A DNA stretch of 64,000 bases from assembly GCA_964247055.1 (NCBI GenBank), contig OZ176052.1, positions 4,092,001 through 4,156,000 on the forward strand, written 5' to 3'. The DNA comes from Paragordius varius (Eukaryota; Animalia; Nematomorpha). Shown here piece after piece: positions 12,246-26,600 of the stretch. A program made the position numbers and the translations under genes. Each line of letters starts with the position of its first letter. Within the stretch, counting starts at the first letter, position 1. The notes under the pieces were generated by a model, which saw only the letters and a program-made list of their open reading frames with translations, did not search any database and was not told the origin of the DNA.

Positions 12246-15200
12246 GAGCAGGAATTCGAAAATAGTAGTCAATATTCACCAATAAACACCCGTTCCCACA
12301 GCAGTGAAACATGCGTGCAAAGTGATTTAACCATTGATCAACATTGCAATCAAAGTTTCAATTCTATAAACCTAATAACTTCAAACCATAATTACCACAA
12401 TCTCGTGGGAAAAATTGCTTATATGGAAAATAAAACACATGCTGTAGTCAATCATCCCCATGATATGTTGTATAAAGATGGACAATATTACATGTGTGAG
12501 GATGATGATCATAACATGAATCAAACAAAACCGAATGTAAGGTCATCGGACTACCGACCCTTGCCAAAAAACATTGTTCTCGATGATTCCCAATATAATC
12601 CTACAAAAAACAAGCGTAGATTAATCCGTAAAAGTTTTTCCTTCAATGCATACGGTAGAGGTGGTGGTGGAACTCAGGGCAAAAATGATCACAAAAGTGA
12701 TCAAAACTCAGCCAAATGGGGCAGTCTATTAAAAACTCGTAAACTTTCCGTTATACTACAGGGTAAACCTTTGCAAACTGATGGAATTAAAGATAGTTTG
12801 TATGGCCATTCCAAACCCACATTAGGCGGCGCACCACCTTTCCAATGGCCAAGAATATCGGCACTTCTTAAACGACTCTTGAAATTTGGTGTGCTGCGTC
12901 ACAGCGATCATCAATCCCGACAGCTTATTAGAAACGAACCATTTTTGACGCAAAAACAAAGTAGTATTAGAATTAATGATAATAATCCAACTTTTGAGCT
13001 AAAAGCTGAGAATGACAAGTTGTTTAACACTAAAACTTCTTCCGCTACTTCTGATAAAATTGATATCGGAAAAACGGTAAAGGAATCTCTTACTACGACT
13101 TTGGCGGAGGAGAACCTCTGCTTAAATAGCGAAAATGTGAAAAAGAAACCTATGGTTTCTACAACAACTCAGGTATACATATTGGTTTTTTTTCCAGTTA
13201 AAGAGTAATTTATTAGTTAATTTTACCATTTAACAAAGTATTGCGGTGATTTTTGAATCACTTAAATACTTGTGATATTTTGAAAAGCATGTAGTATATT
13301 TTAATATTTTATGTGCAAAAATCGTTGAATTTAGGTATTTCTAGATCAAAAATCTCCCCCCATGTCTCAGGAAAAACACAGGAAAAAAACAGAACAACTC
13401 AGAAAATCATTACGGCGTCTTAAAGCGCATCAAATTTTTTGTGGTGGTGGTACCACTAGCCTTGATCCTTACAAAAGTGAACGAGAGGATGATCTTTATA
13501 TGTGCTATCAACTACCAACTTTTCGTGAAGATGAAACTTTGTACCTGAAAGCTATTCAATCATCCCAACTTTCCAACCCATCCGAAAACTTGACAATGCC
13601 AAATGGCATTACAAATGCAACAAATGTAATACGTGTTAAAAACCATCATTCCAAACCAAATCAAACTTGCACAGATCGCAGTAGTTGTTTAAAAAGGCCA
13701 ACCATATCACATATTATAGAATCGATTGAACGTACGTATCATTGCTTGAACCAGAATCATAATTTATATAATACATTTTCCCTTACTTCTCTCAAAGATG
13801 GCCCGCCAAATTTTACACATAAAAAATCGGAAACGTTAAATAAATTAAACATTGGCCAAACTAATGAAAATCGTAGCGCTAATCAATCAATAATAAATAT
13901 TGTAGCTAAAACCGAAAAATCCCTCAATAACTCTATCATTACACCACATCAAGAACTATATCTGTTTCGTATCAACAAAGTTATATCTCCAGCAAATCGC
14001 TTATTATCTACTAGAGGCAATATTTGGCTTCCTAACTTTGTTAACTCTAATCTCCTTAATAAAACATTGCCGAATATGCCTAGGTATAATGAATCCGATA
14101 TTACCCAAGAAAATAATAGTATCCTTTACGATAAAGAAGATGTTACATTAGAAGCAGATGAATTGATGCTTTCATTGTCTTCTACGCTAAATTTGAACAG
14201 GTAATTTCTTGTTTTTTCAGTTGGTAATATACTTTGTTTTAGTAAAAATTGAATATATAGGAATTGTTTGTTTGGATGTAACAAATATTAATATATTTTA
14301 AACATGCCTTATTAACTCATGTACGTATTAGCATAAATTGAGTTTTTACTAAAATCTAGGCTCTGATAATTTGCTACGATCAAATGATCACGTTATATTC
14401 TATTTTTTGATCCAATAAATATTTTAAATTTATGATATCCATGATTTAGCTCAAACGACTCCCCAGACCCCATATGTTGTTCAACTCCACTCTTCCAGGA
14501 GGATAAAAGTAGGGATAGCAATACATCCGTGCTGGAACAAACATTTACAGGTGCAAAAGTATCGGAATCTTTAAATGAATCCGTCTCATCTATCTCCTCA
14601 GCAGATTTAATTGATTTGAAACAGCTTGATAGCTGGGAAATTTCTATGCTACGTATTTTTACAATCAGTCACATAAAAAATATCATTAAAAAGATGGACT
14701 GTTTGAACAATCCTGTACCTAGGTGTGAATCGCCAAAGTCACTCCAAGCTACAAAAGCTCCAACAAATGTATCGCGGTATATGACCCCATCTCCACCCAT
14801 TATACCAACTGATAGGTTTGACATGTATAATAATACATTTTATAAATTATTTTACAGGATTATCATAATTAATAATCATTTTTTTTCAAATTTTGTTCTA
14901 ACTATATTTTATCATTAACTATTTTCTTTTGACTTTAGTTAATTCATTGAAATAGATACTACCATGTATCGAAAATTTCGGATATAGTTCAATTTAATAA
15001 ATTTTAGGATAATTTAATTATTATTGTAACATAAAATATTCGTTCTCGTTGTAAATAATAAAAATGATTTAAATTTGAGTATATTTAACTAAGAATTTGT
15101 GAATAGAATATTTTTGTTTGTTATTTTGTTTTTTTTGGGGGGGGGGCATAATGTTACCCCTTTTTTAAACCAAAAAATTTTGACTTATTATTTATAATTA

Positions 15201-16006
15201 TAGAAAACACTTTATACTCTTCTAATATTTTTTTTGCGGCAGATTTATAACCTAACCAATCTATATGGTGCTTTAAATTTAAAATCAAAATTTATCACAT
15301 TAAGTAAATAACGCTAATTATACGAATCTTTATACATAAAATTATATAGCTCTTTTAGGCCAATCCATAAACATAAGAAAGATTTAAGAGCCAGCTTCCG
15401 ACGCATCTTTAAGAAAGGAAACGTTAGCAATAAAATTAATGATAATGGCAAACATCTCATTTCCACATCAGTTTCTGAAAACCTAGACCACTATACGGTA
15501 TCTTTGCATCGCAAAAAATTGACAAAACCTTCATTTGATGTATTTGGCTTAAGCCTCGGGGATTACGCCCAATTATTTGGTTCAGAAGTCATTATTCCGC
15601 CACCTATCTCAATTTGTTGCATGCGAGCCATAGAAAGTGAACATGAAACACAAGTAGGCCTATTTCGAAAAGCCGGTTCCAGGCAACGCATTTCGAAACT
15701 CCGAGAATGGATTAATGGTGATTTTTATCACATATATTACAGTAAGATTAACAAATGATTATCACGTAAAAACTAATGAATATCCGAAAAAATGATTAGC
15801 ACATGGTTAAAAAATATGTTAAATTTGTAATTAGATACAACAGGAAGGATTCATCAAGGGTAGTATATGGTGTATTCATATATAATTTTCGACTATGTGC
15901 CAATCATTTTTTTGGATATTCATTTGTTTTTTGTTATAATCATTTATTAATCTTACTGTAATTAATTTTTTTAACTTTATGTTATTTTTACGGTATAAAA
16001 ATTGTT

Positions 16007-16044
<38 letters not shown>

Positions 16045-16954
16045 AATCATGACATTTTTACAAAAATTTGAAATTACAATCATATAGAAAAAACGTAAAA
16101 GTAAATATTATTGAGCAAAGACATACAAAATTTTTTACTCTTTAATTTTTTTTCAGCCAAAATGATAACAACAGTGGATTATATAATAGAGTGTGTTATT
16201 CATCCACTTCTCCTTTTTTTGCCTAAACGATATGATATAACAAAAAATAAAGGTTTAAAAAACATGGTCATTTAAAATATACGAGTCTTTTAGTTTTTTT
16301 ACCTTTTATCATTATATTTTTTACCATGTGCATTTTCGACAGAACAATCAACAAATTTTGTGTGTGAAAAGATGACACAACATAACATAACTGATAGATT
16401 GGAAAAAGAAAGACTTTTATACGATAAATTTGCTGCTTTTCGGAAACACGAATTCATAAGCCTAATTGATGTGGGCGATGTTATAAAACAATTTTATCGA
16501 CAATTACATGGAGGTCCCCTGTTCAATGCAACATATGGTACACTCTTAGTCACCCTTTTTAAACTGTGCAATTTAAATCCAACAGTAGCTATAGAAAGTA
16601 AGTAGTAGTATTAATATTTTTTTTACTGAAATAAATATTGGATTAAAACATATATTTAGGAATTAAAATTATTTTTAACCTTGGAATGTATAATTATATT
16701 TAGGGTGTATGTATATTGTATTAATTAATTTTTCATAAAGCTACAACGCAATTATGGGTTTTGTTTCATCGTAAATTTAGTTATACGTAAGAGTTATTAT
16801 ATATATGTTTACATTAATTTTATTATTAATAATTATGGACAAAAAATTTTTAAAAAATATATTTTTTTAAGTTTTTTTATTTCTTGATAAGGTTTCCCAG
16901 GGCATTTTTAGCATCTTCCCTATATTTTTCTGGATGTGTCGTAAAGCCTAAATT

Positions 16955-17018
<64 letters not shown>

Positions 17019-18605
17019 GATTTGGTAGATTATCCATATATTGTTGTTTTTACTTTCCGTTTTAAGGTGATTTTTTGGCACGCATTTGTCAGGATCATTG
17101 TTCGCAACTTTTAAATAGTTTTTATTCTATTATTTTTACGAGATATGAGATAAATTTAATTATTATAATAAAATCGTTTTTTTTAAAAAATTATCCAAAA
17201 ATATATGTATCAAATAATAAGGCGGGTAGATATCTATGGTTTAGAATATGTACCAATTTAGGAATTTTTTTATTTAAAATCTTTTTTTATTCAAGAACAT
17301 GGTTTTTGCATATAAAACAATGTATACAACTCTTTAATTTTAATTATGCTTCTTATTTGTTTTGGAACAAAATTTTTGACAAAATCTAACATTTAGCAAC
17401 CTGGTTTTGACAATTTATATTTATATCGTTCGGCAATCTCATTGCATTATATAATCACATTTATTCATGTGGTAAACAATTTTTATATCATATTAATAAT
17501 GGTACTCTCTATAAGAGTTTAATATATTCTGATATCGGTTAACATACACTTGATAATTTTGAAGTTTTTATCTAAACAACTTCTAAATTCCCTTTTGTTT
17601 TTGTATTTAAGATTTGTTCATTTCATTGGTTTTTTATTAGCAATGAATTATTTTTTTCTAATTAATTTGTGTTTCTCTAGAACCACAAATTAGCACAAAA
17701 GATTTGGTAGCTTTGATATTATGCACAATTTTACCCCTAGAAAATCAAATACTTCTCCGAGCCTTTCTTCAAACTCTGAATTGTATATCACGGGGGGGTC
17801 AATCAAGACAGACTTTTTGCCCCCATAAAATTACTAATGAAAGAGTATCCCCACCACCCCTGACAATAAAAAAATCTACGCAAAAACCCAGTATGTCCGC
17901 GAGAGGTCTTGCTATATGCCTTGTTCCAACACTCTTTGATATGGATGTGTTTGAGAGTCCAAATCACCACGCTAGTTATAATAGCAACAATGAGAATTAT
18001 ACAAACTCTATAAAATGCAATAAAATATCTACACATTTATCCGACACTGAAACTAAACAAATGAATCACTGTGAAAATGATTTTAGTCAGCAATCGCTTG
18101 AAAGTATACCACATCAAAAGCATAATAATAATAATAATACTAATCCACCGAAAGGCGTTAAAAAACTTAAACGTGGCAAAACATTTTACCCTAACGCATG
18201 TAGTAGTTTACCATTAAAAAGACTGGCGGAGCATAAAAACGAATCGCAACACACAGGTATAACTCAGGAAAATTGTTTGGAAGATAAACGATCAATCTTA
18301 AATTCTAATCTAAATTCTTACTGCGAAACAAAAGGCTCACATGATCAAAAATTACAAAATGAAAATAATAATTCACCATATACATTACTACACATCAATG
18401 ATGCCATCGATTGCCTTACATACATGATTGAAAATTATTTAACACTTTTTAAGGTAATCATATGTATTTTATAATCATTAGTATTTAACGCAATTAAATT
18501 TGATATATATACATTTTTAAATAATTTACAATGTGATCATAGATTCCTATATCGATTTTAACAAGAATCAGGGAAGAACGAAATAAATCTTTAACACATA
18601 AATAA
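12246..18605 (+). CDS. RhoGAP of the DLC1/STARD13/crossveinless-c type, multi-exon; 5' exon(s) not identified
   Basis: Phase-consistent exons ~12246-13172, 13335-14200, 14450-14815, 15359-15717, 16157-~16190, 16343-~16600, 17681-18452 and 18543-18605. RhoGAP motifs: VFGLSL, QVGLFRKAGSRQRISKLR (arginine finger), DVGDVIKQFYRQL, LPLENQILL, MSARGLAICLVPTLF, CLTYMIENYLTLFKIP. Confidence 0.85.
16957..17013. repeat. (TA)n microsatellite, the longest of several (others near 8798, 16011, 22063, 30540, 35503, 37320, 47040, 55897)
   Basis: Seen directly. Confidence 0.95.
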
Positions 18606-20037
18606 TCTTCAACAGAGAATATTATTATGACTTAATTTGGAATATAAATCAAAATCAAACACTTTGAAATTGTCGGTTGAGTGATGTATTTAAGGTTGTA
18701 TTTATTTTTGAAAATACGTTTTAAAAATTATTTTTACTCATTATGTTTACTCCCAATATTACAATAAAAAATTTATAACCATTTGGAAATATTAATTTTT
18801 TAAAATAATATGCCGTTTGATATTTTAGGATAACTGAAATTTCGTAAAAATTATGTTTAAAAAAATTATGTATAGTTTAGTTTTTCATATTAAAAGATTA
18901 TTTGTTTTTGATCCTATATTGCATTATAATATTATATTTTGTCGCGTTGGTTTGATTCCTAATTACTTTGAATATAGCTCATACTTACGTTAATAAATAA
19001 TACTTTAAGTATTGATGCTTAATTACAAAATCCAATCCTGATACTTTTTACAAATTAATTATAACAAAAATAAAGATACCATGGTATAAAATGTTTTTAA
19101 AATTTGTTTAATATTTTTAAAGCATGTATGAAATATTGATTTAAGTCTAATCCAAATTGTAATGCTTATTTTTTTGGCTATAGGACTCTTCAACGAATTC
19201 AACTTTATTTCTCTGATCAACGCATTTATGATTTTCTTGATTCAATCACATCAAATAGCTCAAAACAGTAAAAAACATTCCTACTTTCCGCATTAAACAT
19301 CACACGGCCATTAAATCAAAACGATTGATTAATCATGAATTCCTAAGGCTACAGATAATCAGTTTTAATGATGATTTTATTTTATCAGTTCAAATGTAGA
19401 TGTATCCAACAAATATTGCAATATTATTGATCAAATGTTTTGTAAAAAATTTAATTAATGATTACATCTTTTTTATGTCAAATTTTTAATTATATATCTA
19501 TATAAAAGAATTTTAGATTAATTTAATTATCACATATTTTTTTGGCATAATATATTGTTGAGAAAAATTAATTTAAACAATAAAAGCCATAATTAACGGG
19601 TTTACACATATCATTTGAATGAAAATTAAATTATTTTTGTGTTATTACCCATCCATACTAACATTGTTCCCATAAATACATTACACACATATTATACATT
19701 ATTTAAAAAATGACCAATTATATTGTCAATTTTATAGTTATTGAACTATTATTGTCTATGAAAAACATATATAGTTGTAATAAATAAATAAATATGTTTA
19801 TATGGAATATTTAATTTATATCCTTGGTCTCAAACGTTTTTGTATCGATTCAGCTTTTAAAATGAGATTTTTTAACATTTTTTTTCTTTGAAACAAACCA
19901 ACAATATTATGACAACTTTGAGTACCGCCCACAAAATATTGCTATATATTATGCATCTATTTTAAATAGTCTAAACCAATGTAAGGGGTAACATGCTATC
20001 CTTTCTGTTTTTCTACAGAGTTGGGCTGCTTTTCTTA

Positions 20038-20258
20038 CAGTCATGTATCCTTTATTTTATCAAAAATTTATTTTTTTCGTTAAATGAGTATAAATATTTG
20101 GTAAAAAATGGAAAAAAAACAAGAGCTTTATATGGTATTAACATCAAAAAAGTATAAAAATTACCATAGAACTCTTGTTTTTCCATTCTTTACCAAATAT
20201 TTATACCCATTTAACAATATTAAAATAAATTTTTGATAAAATAAAGGATACATGACTG
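20038..20258. mobile_element. 221-bp hairpin MITE with TA target duplication
   Basis: TA|CAGTCATGTATCCTTTTATTTTATCAAAAATTTATT ... AATAAATTTTTGATAAAATAAAGGATACATGACTG|TA. The arms are inverted over about 90 bp. Confidence 0.9.
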
Positions 20259-21715
20259 TATATACTCGTTTTATGATTTTGCCTTTTTGAAAAAATCGCT
20301 CACATTTTTAAGCATTCTCATTTATGCCACGTTTATTTCGTATATAGCCCATGTTTAGGAGTTACGTATAATGGATTATAAATCCATTTTTTTAAAAATC
20401 AATATGTTTGTGTTTTATACCGATTTTCTAACTAAACCAACTAGCATTCTTATATTATCATATTTTTTTTAATAAAAATTGCGAAATAATTATTTTTTTA
20501 GTTCCCTAAATACATTGCGACGAGGCGTATTAAAATAAATCCTTTCCCCACCCATAAGCCGTATATTATTAAAGAAACAGATCGAATCATTAACTATAAA
20601 AACCGCTTCATCTCATCTTTTTAGTAAATGGCCGAAATATTGTATTCAAATAGGGTTAAATGTCGGGTTTTAATGCACGTTTTGAAATGACAAATTTTTG
20701 GAAATTGTGGAATTATTTAAAATTTTGGAGTGTAAGCCTCCAATTTAATATATTCTGACTTCAGTTTAAACACCAGTAACAAAATGCCGTACATACAAAG
20801 CTAAATTTTTTGCTCAGAAAAATATTAATCTGTATTCCATTCTATTTTTTTTACAAATTCCTTATTGTGCCCATATCTAAAGCTTTATTTCTTTAGCACA
20901 AAAATTTATGAACAAATAGTAACGACAAAAAATCATTTTAGTATTTTATATCAGATGAGGGATGTTGTAATTGGACTATATTTTTAAAATTGGATATCAA
21001 CCCTTGTTATTCCCTAAGATATAATTGTTAAAAGTCAATTTCATAATTTTAATTTCAATGAAATCTCATTTTGAATTGCTTATTAAAATTAAAATAAAAG
21101 GCAGTTAATGGTATTTAACTTGCGTAAATTCAATTTTTCCGATTAAATTCAAATGTGACATGTAAATATTTACTTCGATATCTGATATAGCCGGAATGTA
21201 TCCCATACACAAAATAAATTAAAAATTTTTGATATAAAACTAAATTCATTATAAATATATATTTAAATAAATAGACTGATACACTATCGAATATTGCACA
21301 TAATTGAAATAGTTAATGAATGACCCCGAAAATATAAATGCACTATAAAATAATAATGACAAGACAAAATATATTTTTTGGCTAGTTTGGTCCATATGAT
21401 TGATCACATCGTCCAAAACCTTCCAATTTTTGTAAACGATTTCGTAGTTTAATAATTATTTTGCAGTATAATTTCTTTTTCTATAATAAAAATAATAATT
21501 CAAGAATTGATTTAAAATTTAAGCTTCATGAAAGCAGGAATTTCCAACAATCGGCCCGCTGGCTGCTATGGCCCTCCAATAATATATTGGCAGTCCGAAA
21601 GAGATTCATATACAACTTTACATAATCCAAATAAAATTAATTTTCTTAAAATAATTTTTCAATTAAATTTTTCCGAGTTAAGGCAACCAGAAAAGTTGTT
21701 AAATAAATAGTATTT

Positions 21716-23632
21716 TTACAGAAAATAATTATTAATGCCCATATATTTTACAAATGCGGCCGGGTAAGTCGATGGTGTTGGACACCTTAAAGTTTTAATA
21801 AAAATGTCATTAAAAATAGCACTAACTTTATCGTAATCTTGAGTTTTGTTTCGGAGATCATTAGAAATTTTTTCTTTGCACTCTTGCAATTCATATATCT
21901 GTCGGTTCATGTCATCCTTTTCTTGAGTAAATTTGAGAGTTAATTTACCGATACTCTATTAGATGCAAAAATGAAAATAAATGGTATCAAAATATTATTA
22001 ATACAAATCACATATATTACAAAAGTATTAAACAATGAATATATGCGTTAATTAAACAACATATATATATATATATATATATAAAGAAACAATTGCTTTT
22101 GTAGTACATTACCATATTTTTTATCCTTTATATGGTATTGGTTAAGAATATGATTTATAAATTTATAATTCCATAATTATATGGGTTATAAAAAAGAAAT
22201 GACAGTCTTTAACCTTAGTCGTCAGGCTTTGCAAAAAAATATTCAAATTTATGTAAAACAAATCAAATTGTCCAATCGTAAATTTTAATCACTATTTAAT
22301 TTGACTTTTAAATGTATTTGCATATTTTTATATCTCGAAAATAATTTATACTGTAAAATATTCAACATAAAAAAGTTTTGTTTTAGATACTTTTTTTATT
22401 CATATATATTTATACTGCATTAAAAGTTCCAAGAGCCTGTTGTAAAGTATCTTGACAATTTTGCATAGTACATTGGAGATGAGTTATTGATTGTCCAACC
22501 CCAATTTTTTCTGATCTACTTTGCATTAAGGCAGTTTCACAAACGTTTTGGAAATGGGTTAATTGCGACTTATGTCGAGATTGAAGGGCCGTTCTAATGT
22601 TACGTTCTTCGGCACATTGCCTTTGTAATCGATTTATGATTTCCAGTAAATTCCTGGCGTTGGCAATAATAAAATTAAATTAATCATGAGTTAAGATGAA
22701 TATCTAATGCGTTTTTATATAGTTTATCATACTTTACCGTAAAACATTATTTTTAGATTTGCTATTAAAAAGTTTGTGCAATAGTTGCCTAAATGATCGA
22801 CTGCCGAAAAGTTTTGACACCGTATTTTAAACGAGATTTAAAAATTTAGCATGGCTTATTTTCAACGTTCTAAACTTAAAATAAAAAGTCAGGCCATAAA
22901 GTTCGCATTTTATTGGTTTAAGCACTAATTTTAGGATTAAACATGTTAGATTGGTATTGATAGATGATCTTACCATAAAACAATAATTTATAAACTAAAT
23001 CCAAAAATCAACATATGTTATCAAATATTAACCTTTTATCGGAGAGAATAGCGAATTTAGTGGTTTGAATTATTTGTTCTTTCTCCGAATCAAGCATTTC
23101 CATCGCGTAATGTAACTTAGTTTGGGCCCCTTCCCATTTTTCTTTTTGAAGTTTAAGTTCTTGTGTCAAAGACGCGATTTGAGTTTTGAGTAAATTACTA
23201 AAATATAAATTTAAATACTTTTCGGATGACAACTCTACATATATTTGATTAGAATTTATTTGATATTTGTATGATTTTTCAGCTTGTTCATACTTTCTTT
23301 GAATATTATTGTCCAACAATCTAGAAAATAACTTTATTTGTATACTTGTGCTTCAGATTCTCATTTTCAAGTGTTAAATTGGTATTAAATTCTTTTAATT
23401 TACGAATTTCATTTTTCAATTCATTTTCAGTATTATTATGTTCGGCTAGTGGTTCCCGTTTTAAATGAATTGGCTGTTGAAACTAATAAATAAAACCATT
23501 TTATACTCTTTGAATACAGATTGTTTTATATATATTTATAAGCTCTTCATATTCTTCGGTTTGTTTAATATGCAAATCTGTGAGATTGATTAGCCCATTT
23601 CTAAAATTTGTTAAGGGTTCATGGCTTGTCAT
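21716..23632 (-). CDS. Uncharacterised coiled-coil protein, about 6 exons
   Basis: ATG at 23632. Phase-consistent exons 23632-23507, 23482-23346, 23320-23033, ~22800-22738, ~22654-22415 and ~21955-21716. Translation is rich in E/K/Q/L heptads (ENELKNEIRKLKEFNTNLTLENENLK; LEIINRLQRQCAEERNIR). No family recognised. Confidence 0.75.
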
Positions 23633-23687
23633 ATGAGTGGCCCCTTGTTTTTTCACATGAAAACGCACCTCATGTGGAAAATTTGAT
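23633..23687. promoter_or_regulatory. 55-nt gap between divergent start codons with a central inverted repeat; putative bidirectional promoter core
   Basis: TTTCACATGA (23651-23660), 9 nt, then TCATGTGGAAA (23670-23680). Position lies between the two ATGs. Function is inferred. Confidence 0.4.
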
Positions 23688-26600
23688 ATGGAAGAAATTG
23701 ACGAGCCCTTAAAATTAGGAATATTGTTAAATTTGGAAAATTTTATACGTAATGTCAATGAAAATAAATGTTTGATTTTTGTACATGTTACTTTAGATTG
23801 TTTTCCCACTTCGTTTACAAGTTTGGAAAGAAAATTTGTTCACCAATGTTGCCATCATTTAAAAATTTTGGCCAAAACCATCGGGTATTGAAATTTTTTA
23901 TATCATAAATATTATTTTTTTACATTTTTTTCTTTTATTAGGAAAGGAACAAATAAATACGTATTATGTGTTAAGGACCCAGATATTTTAGCGGTTGACG
24001 AAGCTTGTTCTTTTGCTCTCAATCCATCTACAATCAGCCAAATTGGTCATTTAGTCAACACATATCCCTTGACACATAAAGAGCGATGTGATTTATTGTT
24101 GCGTACGGAACGATTTGGAAACAATGTCACAGAAGGTTCATTATAACGCTTTATTACATTGTAATGTGTTTATAGAACAACTATTATTTTATAATAATTT
24201 TACTTTAAGGTATTTTTTGTGTAGTCATCGAATATTAGTGTTTTCTAAACGAAACATTAAAAATATGACCTATGAATTTGGTTAATATGTAAATAAAAAA
24301 GTATAATGTTCATGTATATTCTAAATTATTGTAACACTTTTGTAAAATAAAGTCAATACTCTTTTTTAACTAATTCCTTTTTTCATTCCTCATCTCACCT
24401 ATTGTTTTAACATTACATAGATGTTGAAAGAAATAAGATTGTAGGCCGCATTAACATAGGAATTCCACTTGTTCCTCACTGTGAACATATTGCAATTGAT
24501 GAAAATTTACCAATTTATGGCTTTCGAAAGGACATTCTTGAGATGATTAATAATTCTCCAATAACCATTGTGGATGGACCAATTAATTCTGGGAAGAGTA
24601 CGCAAGTATGATATCTTTAATAACGTTAATATTACCATAATATTAAAGTCTAAAAAGTCCAAAAATTAGGTTTTTAGGTTTTAAAAAAAGAAATCGCAGT
24701 TTTACAGCAGAAAATAATAGCTGAACTTAGTTATAGATTGTCAATTTCCATTTTATATATTATGTAACATATAATGCGGTATATAAAATTGTATAAATAT
24801 TATAACCGCAATAAGCCTAGTTTTTTATAATATAATTCTCTTTATTAAAGGAATATCTTACTTTTTTATGTAATTTTTTTATTTTTACTTAATTAATATG
24901 GATGTCAAAATATATATAATCACAAAATATAAATTTTTTGTCCGTTCTATTAGGTTCCACTTTATCTTTTGGAGTGGGCCAAGGTTAAAAAACAACCGAT
25001 TAAAATTATTTTTGTTCAAAATACCAAATTACAAGTCGTCAATTCAGCTGATTATTTGGCTCAGCTGTTGGGGGAAAAAGTTGGTCAAACCATTGGATAT
25101 CAGATTAGGTTGGAAAGCAAGTAACTAAATATTTTTTATTTCATTCATGATTTCAAATAATTTTTTTGGATATTTTTATCATATTTTAAACCTTTTTTAT
25201 GTAGTTAATATAATATTTTACTTAATATGTATGCAGTGTCGCTTTTAGAAATAATTTTTATGTGTTTTGATTTATTCTTTAAGTTAAATAAAATTAACTT
25301 TTAACAATTCTGACTAAATATATATTAGAGTGTCTCCCACATCTCTTCTTACCTTTTGTACGCCTTGGGTCTTTCTCCGAAACCTAATGACACAAGATGC
25401 CGAGTTGGCCAATTTAACCCATCTATTTTTGGTATCATCCCATTTTAAAATAAAATTCTATACATTTAAATTTAAATTTATGTGTTTTAAATATAAGCTA
25501 CATATTTTTTTTATTATATAAATAAATGAATAAATAGGATGATATGAATGAAAGATCTGCATCAATGGAACTTATACTTATGTATTTACGTCAATGTTGT
25601 AATTTTAATCACAGTTCATACATGAATTTGAAAAATATTAATAATGCTAATAACAATAATTCGAATAATGTTAAATTTATTTCGCCTTCCACATGCAAAC
25701 TTGTATTGCTATGTAATGATGATAGAAGTCATACAAAATCTGAACTTTATAATTATTTTATGGACTCATCAACTCTGAATGCAAATAAAGGCAATACTAC
25801 CACCTTTTGTAATTCAATATCAGGTAAAACTTTTAATTTAGGAATATCCATATTTATGTTTTGAAGGTAGTCCCTTCCTTTTGTAATTCTGATTTTTTTT
25901 CAATTTTTATGGATTTAATTGGAATAATCTGTAATATAATAAAGTGCAATAGACATGTTAATGATGTTTTAAGGATCATATTTGATAAAAATGTCCAATT
26001 TTTTCATTGTTATAAATATAACACTGTGCGCAAAAAAGGGGGATAAAAAATAAACAAACATGATTTTTATTTAGAATAATAAGAAATCTTTTGGAAAAGG
26101 AGACCCCAAAAGCTTTGGGGCAAAAATGCGCCCCAAAATGGATATATTCCATTTTTTCATTTTTGACTAGAAATATATTTTTGTCCATATTTTTAAAACT
26201 TATTGAGCAAACATGATAAAACTTTTATATATTATATAAAACCTCATATATTCTTAAGAAAAATACATAAAATTATTTTAAAGTATCAATAATTTTTTTA
26301 TTCCACAAAAACAGAAATTCGTAAATTTTATGACATTGTCAAAATATATTATAAAAAAATTATTTGTAAGAACTCCATATTGTTATTATTATTTAAGTTT
26401 ATGACTTATATATAACATACCAAAGAGTTGGTATATATAATAAAGGCTATGTATCTTTTTAAGTCCCTCAAAAAATTTTCGCGATTTTTGTTGCATTTTC
26501 CTCACATGCTTCTCTCTGTTTCATAAATACAGTATCAGTATGAGTAATCCGCAATTTTCAAAGAATACTGAAAAAAACAATAAAACTTCAAGATTATGAA

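Noticed and set aside
19183-19270. Exon-like open stretch (TLQRIQLYFSDQRIYDFLDS...) after the RhoGAP
   Set aside because: The preceding exon already hits TAA at 18603-18605, and I found no donor before it that links the two.
23633-23809. Track ORF 23501-23809 (-) extending the coiled-coil gene antisense over YTHDC2 exon 1
   Set aside because: It starts at GTG and the first ATG is at 23632. The extension is the antisense of the conserved R3H exon.
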